From Pavona decussata (lineage: Eukaryota), in assembly GCA_977016875.1 (NCBI GenBank), contig CDRNST010000293.1:1426001-1490000 (forward strand): 64,000 nt of DNA, read 5' to 3'. Made by a program: the position numbers and the translations under genes. The stretch's first letter is position 1. Every line of letters begins with the position of its first letter. This document shows, piece by piece, positions 53,101 through 64,000 of this stretch. The notes under the pieces were generated by a model, which saw nothing but the letters and a program-made list of their open reading frames with translations, had not been told where the DNA came from and ran no database searches.

Positions 53101-56100
53101 CTTTGAAAAGCTCCCGCATCGCTCCTAATCATTTGCCCAAAGAAATTTTTGCAGGAATCTATAGACCATCCTTCTAACATCCAACCACTAGAAGCTCAAT
53201 CGATTTGAAGGATTCGCACATGGTAAAAATTAATTTTATTCACGAAGTACTTTTTCTGCAGTGAATTGTTTGCCTTCGAAATTAAATTATTTCGCATAAA
53301 CAGAACGACGCAATATTTCCCAAAATCATTCCAACAGATATTTAAACATTGTAAAAAAAAGATTTGAGTGTTTTAAAAGCGGTAGAATGATTTGTTTTCG
53401 CACACGAGGCTGTCAAACTCGAGTAATAATTTAGCGCCTCAAATGACGATTTTAACGGATTTTCGTTGTTTTCATATTTCTTTGAAATAAAAGGATATTT
53501 CACCTAAAAAACTGTACAGTGATTTTAGTTATATCCTAGCCTATCTGACATTAAAATATGAAAGAAATCGAATTTTCAACCCTTGCCGCGAAATTTAGAA
53601 TTTGTCTGATTTTTACAGACAGCGCTCTTAAGAGTTATCGTGTTAATTCGTAACATCGGTGATTTTACTCTTTATTAAAAATATAGATTATGACGGAGTC
53701 CATTTCTCAATTATATACTTCAAGTAAAGTTCGTGCTATTTATCGAGTAAACGTCAACTCCAATACAAGGTTGAGTACACCTCCTTTGGATTTATAATCA
53801 CTCCAAACAAGAAAAGGACACCACCAGGAGTTAACTCCACTTCATAGTGTTATTCTAACCCCTGGAAAACTACTGTGTATTTAAAATACTAACTTGATAT
53901 ACGGTAAGGTAAATAAAGTCACTTACTCCATGAGACACTGGCGTATCCTCCAAATATATACTGGCCGACCTTTATTATCGTCACAGTAGGACCCTTGTTA
54001 TCGCACCCGGAGTGAAAGGTAGACGCAGCCCAACCATCAACGGACGCGCGCCAACATCGTTTCCAGGGAGATGACTTGCTTTGCACAACGGGCTTTAGCC
54101 AGGTGTTCAATGCAGTCAGGTATTTGTTGCTCTTTCTTAGGATGGCTGAGCTTGCTAAACCAGCTAAAACAAAAAAAATATACATGGTGTAGAGCGACGA
54201 TGCACTGATCACATAAGTTAAGATCTGTAATGGTTTTTGAAAGGAGTTCCCGGAAAATTTGTGTTAAAACCTTTATCTGAGCTTTTGGCGAAGTTTATAT
54301 TGTCTGACAGTCTGACAGTCTGACAGTCTGACAGTCTGACAGTCTGACATTAAAGAAGATGTGAAAGGAAAGAAAGCCACATAATATTTTCAACCTAACT
54401 CGCTGACCAATCCAGAAATTCGGTATGAATTGTTTCGTTCTAGCTGGTTTGCTTGTGAGGTTCGGGAATTCTTGTCACACGTGCAGTCAGAGCGAGCCGT
54501 CTATGGAGAATTAGAATCAGAGACCCCTAAAGCTAACCAGATTCCGGGTTTGACTAATACTTGGTCGCTTTGAGATGCTAGTTATCATTATGTCATTAAG
54601 TAAAGAAAATTTGGTCGTGTAGATTTTAGTTGCATGTCCCAAACATTCCGAGCAACACATTTTCATGTTTTATGAGCGGACTTTTCAGTGGATTTGTTGT
54701 AATTGTAGTTGTAATTCAGAAAACCAACAGTCGCTGAATATTAGGAAACTTCAAGAAGAATGGGGAGCCAGTGATAAATCTGAGATACTAATGATCTATA
54801 GGAAAATTTTACTTTGAACTTTGCAAACATGACATGAATCTGAAAAGCAGATGCCGAACAACTTTTTATCTTGTCAGGTTTATGATACCTTGTGTCATAT
54901 CAATAGCACGCGGGCGTGAACAGTGTCATACTTTATCGTTTATGTAAAAAGTGTCAAAAATTGTTCTTTTATTCCAGGAATTTTCTTATTCATTTCTAGG
55001 AGCCCTTTTTGTTTGAAATGGAGCTTTTAATAGCTGGGCATGTCGAAGATTACTTCTAACATGAGCTGCACAATTAATGACGTTGCAAATGTTAAAGTCA
55101 TTTCCTTGGCAGTGCGAACATTTCGGGAAGAGTGGAGCTAGCTGTTAAAGTTTCAGAAAACAGATGTCACGTCAGAACTCTAGGAATTGAACTAAAACAT
55201 TCGCACTTTCCGCAGCAAAACTCGAAATTGATCAGAAAAGGAAAATGAAAAATGATTGAAAAATGATTGGTTTTGAAATAGTAAGACATACTAAGCACCA
55301 TGCCATTAATATTTGTTATTAAAACAACAGGCCATTTCCGAGTTGCTGCGAACCTCACTATGAAAGCAAGGCTAAGTGTAAAAATAAGTTTTGTTTGCAT
55401 ATGAATGAAAGGTAATTTTAGTAACAAAAACTTTCAAAGCAACTCGCAAATGGTCTTTTGCAACTCTTACCTGCGTAATTATAGCATCCAAAGCCGTCTC
55501 CAAGGTAACCTTGGTTACACTTGCAGGAGTATGAACCCCGGAACAGGTTGCGAACTCATGACAGTAGTTCCGCTGCCTTGAGCATTCGTTTAAATCTAAT
55601 CAACAAAATGAAAAATACATTAATCTTTGTACGCAATAGCGGCTTTATCGTTGTCAGCGTTAGCATCCCAACCAGACGTTTGAATGTGCGATCGAGAGTC
55701 GAACTAAACAGCAAAACAGACTACTCATCCTGTGATGTGTACTCTAATGAATGTAGCTAAGGGTGTCCAAGATTTCTTCTAATGTGAGCAGCACAATTAC
55801 TGATGTCGCACTTAAAGTCATTTCCTTAAGTCTACTAATCTCCCCTTCAAATCTACGAATTACATCTTGTGGCAAATAGTCACGGGTGTCTATTAATCAT
55901 ACTTCACCAGTTTAGTTTGTAATCAGCCTACCTTTCTTACAAGTATACTGATGGCAGTCACTGCATTTCACGTCATTCCATTTGTAGTTGTGCTCCACGC
56001 CAAGTGCGTGCACGCAGTCTTCTTGTCTAAAATTATTTGGTTGATTTTTAGCCCAAGCTGTGAAGTTTCCAGCTCCACGATCCGCCCAAGTGAAAGTACC

Positions 56101-58113
56101 CTCTGTGGAGATGTCATTCAATCCCAGCCAAGATTTTTCACCATTATGCCGATGTTGCAAAAACACGTTTTCTTCATTATTGTTAATGTCAACAAGGACT
56201 GAGTTTTCTTGACGGCATTTGTTTAGCGCTGTGGTCCAGTTTGTGCATGTTTCACTTGTATAGTAACAAAATCCATTGAAATAGCTCCAGTCAGGATCAC
56301 AGATGTCTGCAATTAAACAATAAGAGATTCAGTTACAATTTAGAACTGTTATAACCAAAGAATAAAATTGATAATCAATAATTTCGTTATTAGCCAATAT
56401 TAATCAATGTTGATTAATGAATTGATATTTTGAAATCAGTCATGATTCAGTAAGGACAATCAATCAATTTATTAATATCAAATCGTGGGATGAGGTTGCT
56501 CTCTATATCCGAGCCTGAGGCTCATGTGTAAAACGCATGAAAATAGGAAGCATGCAAAGTAACTTAACTTACAAAAGACAATCCAGGAAACAAATTTAAG
56601 TATTTAGTAAACATTAAAATGAAAATGAAAATGAAAATGAAATATATTAACAATATTAAAATAAGTAAATAAGTAAAAATATATTTGAAATGCTTTACCC
56701 AACCACGTTAACAGTATAAAAAACTAAAAACGTGTATGTATAATCCCAAGTTAATAAAACTAAATTATGATACCACCCCAAATTCAAACAGATGATGCTA
56801 ACATATTTGCAGATGGGTGACGTGTTATTGTTGGAAATACATGTACGCTCTTAGCGAAATGTCCTCAATGGATTTAGAGACTGTTTAGACACTATTTACG
56901 CATTCATGAACTGAATAGGTTTCCAGACGTTTTCAGAAGCTATTTTGAGCCAACTGTTTTTTTTCTTAAGGTGGGAAATTACCGGTTAAATTAGTTTTTG
57001 GCAGGTTGTGATTCTAGAAAGTTCTTTCACGTTATACAAGCGAATGCGTATTGTTCACTCTCTCTCTGCCTTTGAATAAAAGTTACGTGTACCTAGTACT
57101 GGATTCGTTTCTGACTGTTGACGCGTTGGTGAACGAAACTTCTCAAAAGCTATCATTCCGAGTAAGATGATCAACTATAACCGTTGTTGTGCTTAATAAG
57201 GCTGATAACAGATCGATATCAAAGGGAATTAATGAATACAATTAAGGAGACTGTGGTTGACCATCCGATTGGCCCATGCAAAGATGAGACTTTATTGAAA
57301 ACCAAAGTGCCATGCTGTGCCTCTCCTTTTTTGCCTCAGAATTTTTGCTGAGCGATCCCGATCTCACAGATTTCACTTCTCATCGGAAGTACTGCGTATG
57401 ATCTTACAATATTATTTGTGGATGTTACGATGTTTTATTCTCCTCATTAAGTTGAAATTATCAGGCAAGGGCCAAGCATTTACTGACCTGTAAGCACCGC
57501 ATAACTCACGGACAGCGGATCATATCTGGTCTGGTACAATTCCTTAACACAGACTCTGAAGCCAGAGGAATTCATGTTCTGCAGAGGAAAACTTTAATTA
57601 ATGCTCACTTGCTACTCTAGTTAGAGGTTAAGAGTGTTTCCCAAATATCTGAATACTTCATATATTTCATTGCTAACGGATGAACGTGCCTGAAACATGA
57701 AATTCAAAACCTATAATGCCGTAGTATTTATTAGAAAGGAATATTCATGCAACCTAACGTTGTTGAATTGTTTCACCATTTTCAAACTCACAGGTTTTGT
57801 CGCTGACATTGTGTTGCTATAGGAACAAGAGATCGAAAGTTAAAAGGCAATATTTTCAATAAAGAAAAGGGAAAAAACCCTCAACAACCCTCAACAACCC
57901 TCATTAGAAAGGTTATTTTCCATTGGTATAGTTGGAGTTTCTATAAAACAAAGCTTTACCTCGATCCACGTTGTGATGCCGTTGTGTACTGGAGCCGAGT
58001 TTCCACTTGCCGTCGTGCTGTGATTAGCGGATATTAAAATCGTTGGTGTTGAGTTATGAGCTCTTAAAAATGAAACAAACTGCAAAACAAAAGAAACATT
58101 AATACTACTATTT

Positions 58114-58154
<41 letters not shown>

Positions 58155-61100
58155 TAATTAATTTATTTGTTTATTCATTTATACATTCCAATACTTTATT
58201 TACCCACGCTACATCTAGCAGTGATAAAAACTCGTTAAAACATGCGCGTGAAGCGAAAAGCATCAAAAAGAAAAGAAATAATTTAAAAATTACTTAAATT
58301 ACTTAGATTACTTAAATCTTAAATCTATCTAAAAACCTGCTTCTTCAAAAGACATTTAAAAGTAGAAATATCCTTGGCATTTCTAACATACGTAGGTAAC
58401 GAATTCCAAAGTTTTGCAGCTAAAAATGAGAATGACTTATGGCGCCATTCTGGATTAAAATTGGGTAGCGTTAAAATTGTCCCAGACCCTCTTAAATTAT
58501 AATTACAGATTTTAAGCTCAAAAAAGTCTTCTGTGTACCTTGGGGCTTCTTTATTAATGCATTTATATACCAAAACTAGGGCCCGAATTTTTCTTCTTTC
58601 TTCTAGCATTCTCATGATACCAGCCATATTTAATAAGTGGTTGTATGGTGTATGCTTTCCATACCCATATCCATTTGCAGTTTTATCTCTGAGTGTAAAA
58701 TTAATTGTCTTTCTATCTTATTTTCATTGTCACCAAATGTCTTACGGGAAAAAATATCATGTCTTATAAAGATATATAGTGTTTCCCTTTTGTTTTTCTT
58801 TTGAAAATTATCTTTAAGTGGTTCTTTTCGTTAACTGCTTAATGACCTTCACTTTTAATACAGAGTTTATGGCTACGTAAGCAAAGCAAATATTATTAAA
58901 CAAGGCTCCGTGACACAGCTTTTTTAATATACCATGGCACGCTAATCTTCCACTGCATACCATGTGCCGGCGGCTAGCGTGAACATCATGTGACAAGAGT
59001 ACACCATTCCCAGATATGAAACTGGACTCTATGTAGGAACTTATGGTAAATGTGTGTACTTTGCCATAGGAAATACGAATCCAAGTTCTTTTACAGATAT
59101 CATACAGGAATCCATTCATAAATGTCGTACCACGACACTCGATTTTGCAGAGTGTTTTACACAGTCCTCCATATACTTCCATGGCTTGATATTTGATCGT
59201 CAGCCTGCATATTCCGCAAAAGATTCTGCAGAAGATTTTTGGGAAATTGGCCGCGGAAACTCGTTTTACCTTTAAACGCCGTTGCTTTCTAGATCTAGTC
59301 AAGTTTCCTTACCTCACAGTAAGCGTTGTTGTTTTCGTCTGTTGGTGGGTTTGTGTTTGGAAAACTGATCGTTCCGTGCTCGTTAAACAGCGGTTTGTGG
59401 AGTTTGGCGAACGCGAACCAGTTCTGTCAAGAGAAATAACAGTCTTAAATGGAACCACTGAATACCAACGAATAAATGTGAGAAGCCACTGCCAAATCTG
59501 CGAGACGTGTTATTACAAGTGAATGTATTATTTAGTCAGTGACACAGGCCTACTCGGTAGCCAAGTTAATTTAGAGAAGGTCTTGCCAGGAAAAGCGTTT
59601 TATCACCTAAGTATGCTTTTTTCCTTCGGCTAGACAACGCGGTACAAAAAGCCACTTTTTGAAAACCAAACAGTGCAGCCCTTCGGCCTTAATCTCGAAC
59701 TCATGATCACTCCTTTCACAAAGTACTCAGAAACGCATAAGCAAACAGCTGAATATCATAACCTTTTTTAAAAGGAAAGAACCTAAATGTTCTAGGTAAT
59801 AATGATATATTTGTCAAAGCTTCTTGTTTTATTAAAAATTTTGATAGTGCGCTGTAGCACTCGTGCAACTTTCACCTTGCATAAAAAATTGCTCAAGACA
59901 ACAATAACTTCAACCAATCAGGGGATTGAACATTAATGGTAGTAGCTTTGCACAAAACACCTATAGCTAAGAGCTTATTACCACGTTAATGTCCTCATGT
60001 TTTCCATCAAAATTCTGCATTTCTCTAAGGCATGCCTTAAAAGAACTCTTTGTAGTATCTTCGAGCCAAATGAGAGCGGCATCATACTCATTCCCTGTCC
60101 TTAAATGTTCTGACGTTATAAGAACCACAGGCGCTTCAGCAAACTTGTCCTAGAAAATTACAAGAAAAGAGGTAGTTGAAAATAGCGAAATCAGTTGGTT
60201 AACAAGTATATTTAAATGTTTTTACTGTTTCCTGAGATTCCTGGCAGAATGAACATCCAACGTATATATCTATATTATATATTTCGATTCCAAACTACTT
60301 GAATAGTTGTTTTACACAGAACAAAACTATGTCATGATTGACACTTAGATAATTGCTGATTGTATATCAGAGTTACCTAGAGTGAAGTTTTGGATTTTCA
60401 TTAAATGTTCTTTTCTTACGTCCTACCTTGGGAAAAGTTACATCTGCACAGTTTGTGCCAGACCACCACTTTTGCAGCTGAATCTTTCCAGTCAAGCCCT
60501 CTGGTGGGGCTCCTTGGTACGCTATCCAGTCGACAGTTGCAAATGGGTTGAAATTCTCCTTTTTTCTCCCAGTTTGCATAACGCAAACAGTGAAATTTTT
60601 GGGACTGATATTTTCACTCCATGAAGTCACTGCGTCGTGGACTGTTAAGGAATCGTTAAGTTTCATATGATTAACGGTGACTTGAACGTGAACCTGTTTG
60701 TCCGGATAGAAACGGTATGGCGGAAAAGTGACTGTTTTGCAGCTGGAATCGGACCATTCTGGAACATGGAGGAGTTCTACTCGGCCTCGAACAATAGGAA
60801 AACCTGGTAAACAATTAAACGTTTATAACATTAGTTGGTCAAACTGGTAACTTACTCTTTGGTTGGTATCTGATCTGCAGCACCTTTTGTAATGTGATCT
60901 AGTTGCTACAGTGACAGTTGTGTTGATTAAAATCGCATTTTTCTTTTAACTTATAGTTCGGTATTAACCTCTCACCAGTTTGGTAGGTCCCACGTACCCG
61001 ATTAACTTGTGGTCTGGCACACGAGACCCTGTTTTTTGGTTATTACGCTTCTGCTTTTGTTGTTAGCTGTCCTTTGAATATTCTGCAGATAGCCGAGTGA

Positions 61101-64000
61101 GTTCTTTGCAGAGTACAAGTTTCTCGTGTCACCAAAGAAGACTGTACAACTGTATAATATGGTCGTCTGTTGAGCTTTTATGCAAAGTAGTATTATAGAG
61201 TATCTCTCTTACCTTCACAACTTCCTGGATGGTACACCAGGTTATTTTCCAGTCCTCTACAGTAACTTAACTCATGCCAGCATTTGTTGTCGTATGTTGT
61301 TCCATTCGCAGTGCACACTGGATCCTGATAGGAGGGACATTGTTCAAAACACTCACAGCGAGCGTCATGCGCACTGTACGTCTTGCACACTCCAAACCGT
61401 GGACAATGCACATTAAGGCACGGATTGAGATCTGCAACAAAAAAAACGACAATTAAAAATAACTAAATATTTTCTTCAATGTCATACTTGCGTGTAAAAT
61501 GAGAGATTTCTTGAATGTCTTGCTTCTTGGCATTGTAAGTAAAGATTAATAACTTTGGTAAAAATGTAAAAAATGACTAGAAATAAATTAATTTATTAAA
61601 AAGTAACTTAAAACACAAAAAATATCTAAATATAATAAATGAAAAACCAACCCCCAATGACAGCATAGCCGACTGTCAAGGGGTCGTGACCGCTTCCTGA
61701 CCCCTGTAAGTCTTTAACGCACATCTTCATACCCTTAAGGCCAACTTCCTGCAAAAAATGATAACAATATGATAACACTTACTCCCTTTTTCATGTTTAG
61801 GTAAAAAGACAGAGCTTTATAATTTATAACTTTAAAAATATTTTGAATTTTTTCCAAGGTCGTTCCAGGCTCAAATCCCACAGATGGAATGTTTAATGTG
61901 TCTAGCTAGTTCAGCAGTTCATGCCCATTTGGAACAAAGTACGTTCTGATACTTATCGTTGCTCCACTTCCAAAGGAGGCTTGTTTAACTTGTCTAGTTC
62001 ATCCGTTCAACCCCATTTGAAACAAATTGGGTTCTGATTTTCTCCCGGGGTCCTTTCCGAACAGAGGATTGTTTCACTTGTCTAGTACAGCAGTTCAACC
62101 CCATTTGAAACAAACTGTGTACTGATTCTTTTCTCAGAGTCCCCTCCCAAAGAAGAATTGTTTAAATTATCTAGATAATCCTTTCAACCCCACTTGCAGC
62201 AAAGTGCGTTCTAATTCTCAACCCAGGGTCCCTTTCCACAAACGGATTGTTCCACTTGTCCAGTCAGCAGTTCAAACCCATTTTGAAAAAAGTATGTTCT
62301 GATTATTTTGTCTAGTTCACCATTTGGAACAAAGTTCGTTCGGATTCTTTCCTCAAGATCCTCTCCCACAGGAGGATTGTTTCACTGGTCTTGTTCAGCA
62401 GTTCAACCCCATTTTGAACAAACTGTGTTCTGATTCTAGTGTGACGTTCCTCTTCAAAAAGAGGATTTTTTAAGTTGTCTAGTTCTGCATTTCAACCCAA
62501 GTTGGAATAATTACGTTCTGATTCTTACTCCAGGGACCCTTCCCACTGGAGGATTCTTTTACTTGTTTAGTTCATCCGTTCAATAACATTTGTAACAAAG
62601 TGGGTTCTGATTCTTTTCTTCAGGGTCCCTTCCCACATCAGGATTGTTTGACTTGTCTAGTTCATCCATTCAATCCCATTTGGAACAAAGTGCGTTCTGA
62701 TACCCTTCTTCCCGCAGGAGGGTTATTTCACTTCTCTAGTTCAGTCGTTCAACCCCATTTGAAACGAACTGCGTTCTGTTTCTTTTGTCATGGTCCCTTC
62801 CCACAAGAGGATTCTTTTACTTGTCTATTTCAGTAGTTCATCCCTATTTGGAACAAAGTGCTTTCTGTTTCTTTTCGCATGGTCCATTCCCACAGGAGGA
62901 TTGTTTCACTTGTGTAGTTCAGTCGTTCAGCCCCATATGAAACGAAGTGCGTTCTGTTACTTTTGTCATGGTCCCTTCCAACAAGAGGATTCTTTTAAAT
63001 GTCTACTTCAGTAGTCCAACCCTATTTGGAACAAATTGCGTCCTGGTTCTTTTCTCAGTGTGCCTTCCCATAGGGGGATTATTTTACTTGTCTAGTTTAG
63101 CCTTTCAACCCCATTTGGAACAAAATGCGTTCTGATTCTTCTCTCAGGGTCCCTTCCCATAGGAGGATAGCTTCAATTGTCTAGTTCAGCAGTTGCACCC
63201 CATTTAGAACAAAGTGCGTTCTGTTTCTTATTCCAGGATCCCTTCCGACAGGAAGATTGTTTCACTTGTCTAGTTCAGCACTTAAACACAATTTGGAACA
63301 AAGATCGTTCTGATTCTTTTCTCAGGGTCCCTTCCCACGGGAGGATTGTTTTACTTCTCTATTTCAGTAGTTTCACACCATTTGGAAAAAGTGCATTCTG
63401 ATTCTTATCCCTGGGTCCTTTCCCACAGGAAGATTGTTTCACTTGTTAAGTTCAGAGAGCGTTCAGATTCTTTTCTGAGGGTCCCTTCCCACAGGAGGAT
63501 ATATTCACTTCCCTACTTCAGCAGTTCCACACCATTTGAAACAAGGTGCATTCTGATTCTTTTCTCAGGGTTGCTTCCCACAGGAGGAATCTTTCACTTG
63601 TCTTGTTCAGTCGCTCAAACCCATTTTGAAAAAAGTGCGTTCTTATTCTTTTCCCAGGGTCCCTTCCCACTAGAGTATTGTTTCACTTGTCTAGTTCAGC
63701 AGTTTAAACCCATTTTCAACAAAATGCATTCAGATTATTTTCTTTGGGTCTCTTCTCACAGGATGATTGTTTAACTTGTCTCATTCAGAAAGAGTTAAAC
63801 CCAGTTTGAAAAAAGTGCTTTCTGTTTCTTTTCTCAGGATGCCTTCCCACAGGAGGATTGTGTCACTTGTCTAGTGTAGCCGTTCAAAGCAATTGGGAAC
63901 AAATTGTGTTCTTTTTCTTGTCCCAGGGTCCCTTCTCACAGGGAAAAATCCGGTCCTATAGAGCGAAAATGAGACAGCTGGTAATATCATACCTCCACCC
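47121..64000 (-). CDS. Copy C (3' part, enters from the right edge), exons 6(part)-17; frameshift in EGF exon 15, so a truncated allele, pseudogene or exon-skipping form
   Basis: Exons: >64000-63993, 61748-61652, 61431-61213, 60803-60427, 60149-59982, 59423-59313, 58079-57960, 57578-57488, 56306-55932, 55595-55471 (125 nt, frame-breaking), 54163-53927, 47467-47121. All other exons are open with GT-AG sites. Confidence 0.85.
49291..49676. mobile_element. MITE (GCCGGCGACACAC...GTTTGTCGCTGGC) with internal ATCGCC-rich subrepeats
   Basis: TTAA on both flanks (TA vs TTAA target ambiguous); empty site GGTTTAAAATG in copy B (~20540). Confidence 0.8.
49696..53627. mobile_element. 3.9-kb foldback-like non-autonomous DNA element with ~1.25-kb inverted arms and TTAA target duplication
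   Basis: 49696-~50950 is the reverse complement of ~52310-53627; TTAA at 49692-49695 and 53628-53631; absent from copy B. Confidence 0.9.
54303..54348. repeat. (TCTGACAG)n 8-bp tandem repeat
   Basis: About 6 exact units. Confidence 0.9.
55328..55458. mobile_element. Small MITE (AGGCCATTTCCGAGTTGC...GCAACTCGCAAATGGTCT)
   Basis: 18-bp imperfect inverted termini, about 12 nt into intron 15 from the exon 15 donor. Confidence 0.6.
58112..58690 (-). mobile_element. 5'-truncated CR1/L2-type LINE 3' end
   Basis: LEERRK...L.LVYKC....AP.Y....F......YNLRG...L.LP.......KSFSF.AAKLWNSLP..VR......FK, followed by a (TAAA)n tail; absent from copy B. Confidence 0.85.
61870..63945. repeat. ~89-bp tandem satellite (~23 units) in intron 6 of copy C
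   Basis: Same unit as 27870-29672, with different unit gains and losses. Confidence 0.95.

Noticed and set aside
56460-57175. Possible LINE 3' remnant in intron 13 of copy C
   Set aside because: The sequence is specific to copy C but too decayed to assign a family or ends by eye.
58814-59302. 162-aa ORF in intron 11 of copy C as a hidden exon or gene
   Set aside because: The homologous region in copy B (~24650-25110) has a frameshift and a stop, differences are mostly non-synonymous, and I recognise no domain. An ancient pseudogene cannot be excluded without BLASTx.
1-64000. Tandem duplication as a haplotype or assembly artefact
   Set aside because: Three copies plus a relic, copy-specific transposons with clean empty sites and unalignable introns argue for real paralogs. 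Read depth and long reads would be needed for proof.
1-64000. tRNA, rRNA or other structured ncRNA genes
   Set aside because: None recognised; the hairpins seen are explained by MITE termini. A covariance-model scan was not possible.

Overview
AT-rich, intron-containing animal genomic DNA. The gene architecture and transposon families suggest a cnidarian such as a stony coral; this is an inference. The window covers almost two turns of a head-to-tail tandem repeat of about 33.6-34.3 kb (position 1 matches 33601; 29726 matches 64000). Each turn carries one minus-strand multi-exon gene. I reconstructed the middle copy (B, 36729->16725) by hand: 17 GT-AG coding exons, 3135 nt, 1044 aa, open throughout. 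Its domain order is signal peptide, 3 H-type-lectin-like repeats, follistatin/Kazal, 3 more H-type-lectin-like repeats, C-type lectin, calcium-binding EGF, C-terminal TLDc. Copy A (exons 1-3) runs off the left edge. Copy C (exons 6-17) enters from the right edge and has a frameshift in its EGF exon. A collapsed relic of a fourth copy lies between B and C. Lectin and Kazal exons are nearly identical between copies, whereas the EGF and TLDc exons are strongly diverged. Introns and spacers hold nested transposon relics (Kolobok/Mutator-like, Harbinger-like, AcademH-like with a RecQ remnant, Gypsy, Penelope, LINE), a 3.9 kb element with ~1.25 kb inverted arms, and an 89-bp intronic satellite. All domain and family names come from motif recognition, not database searches.
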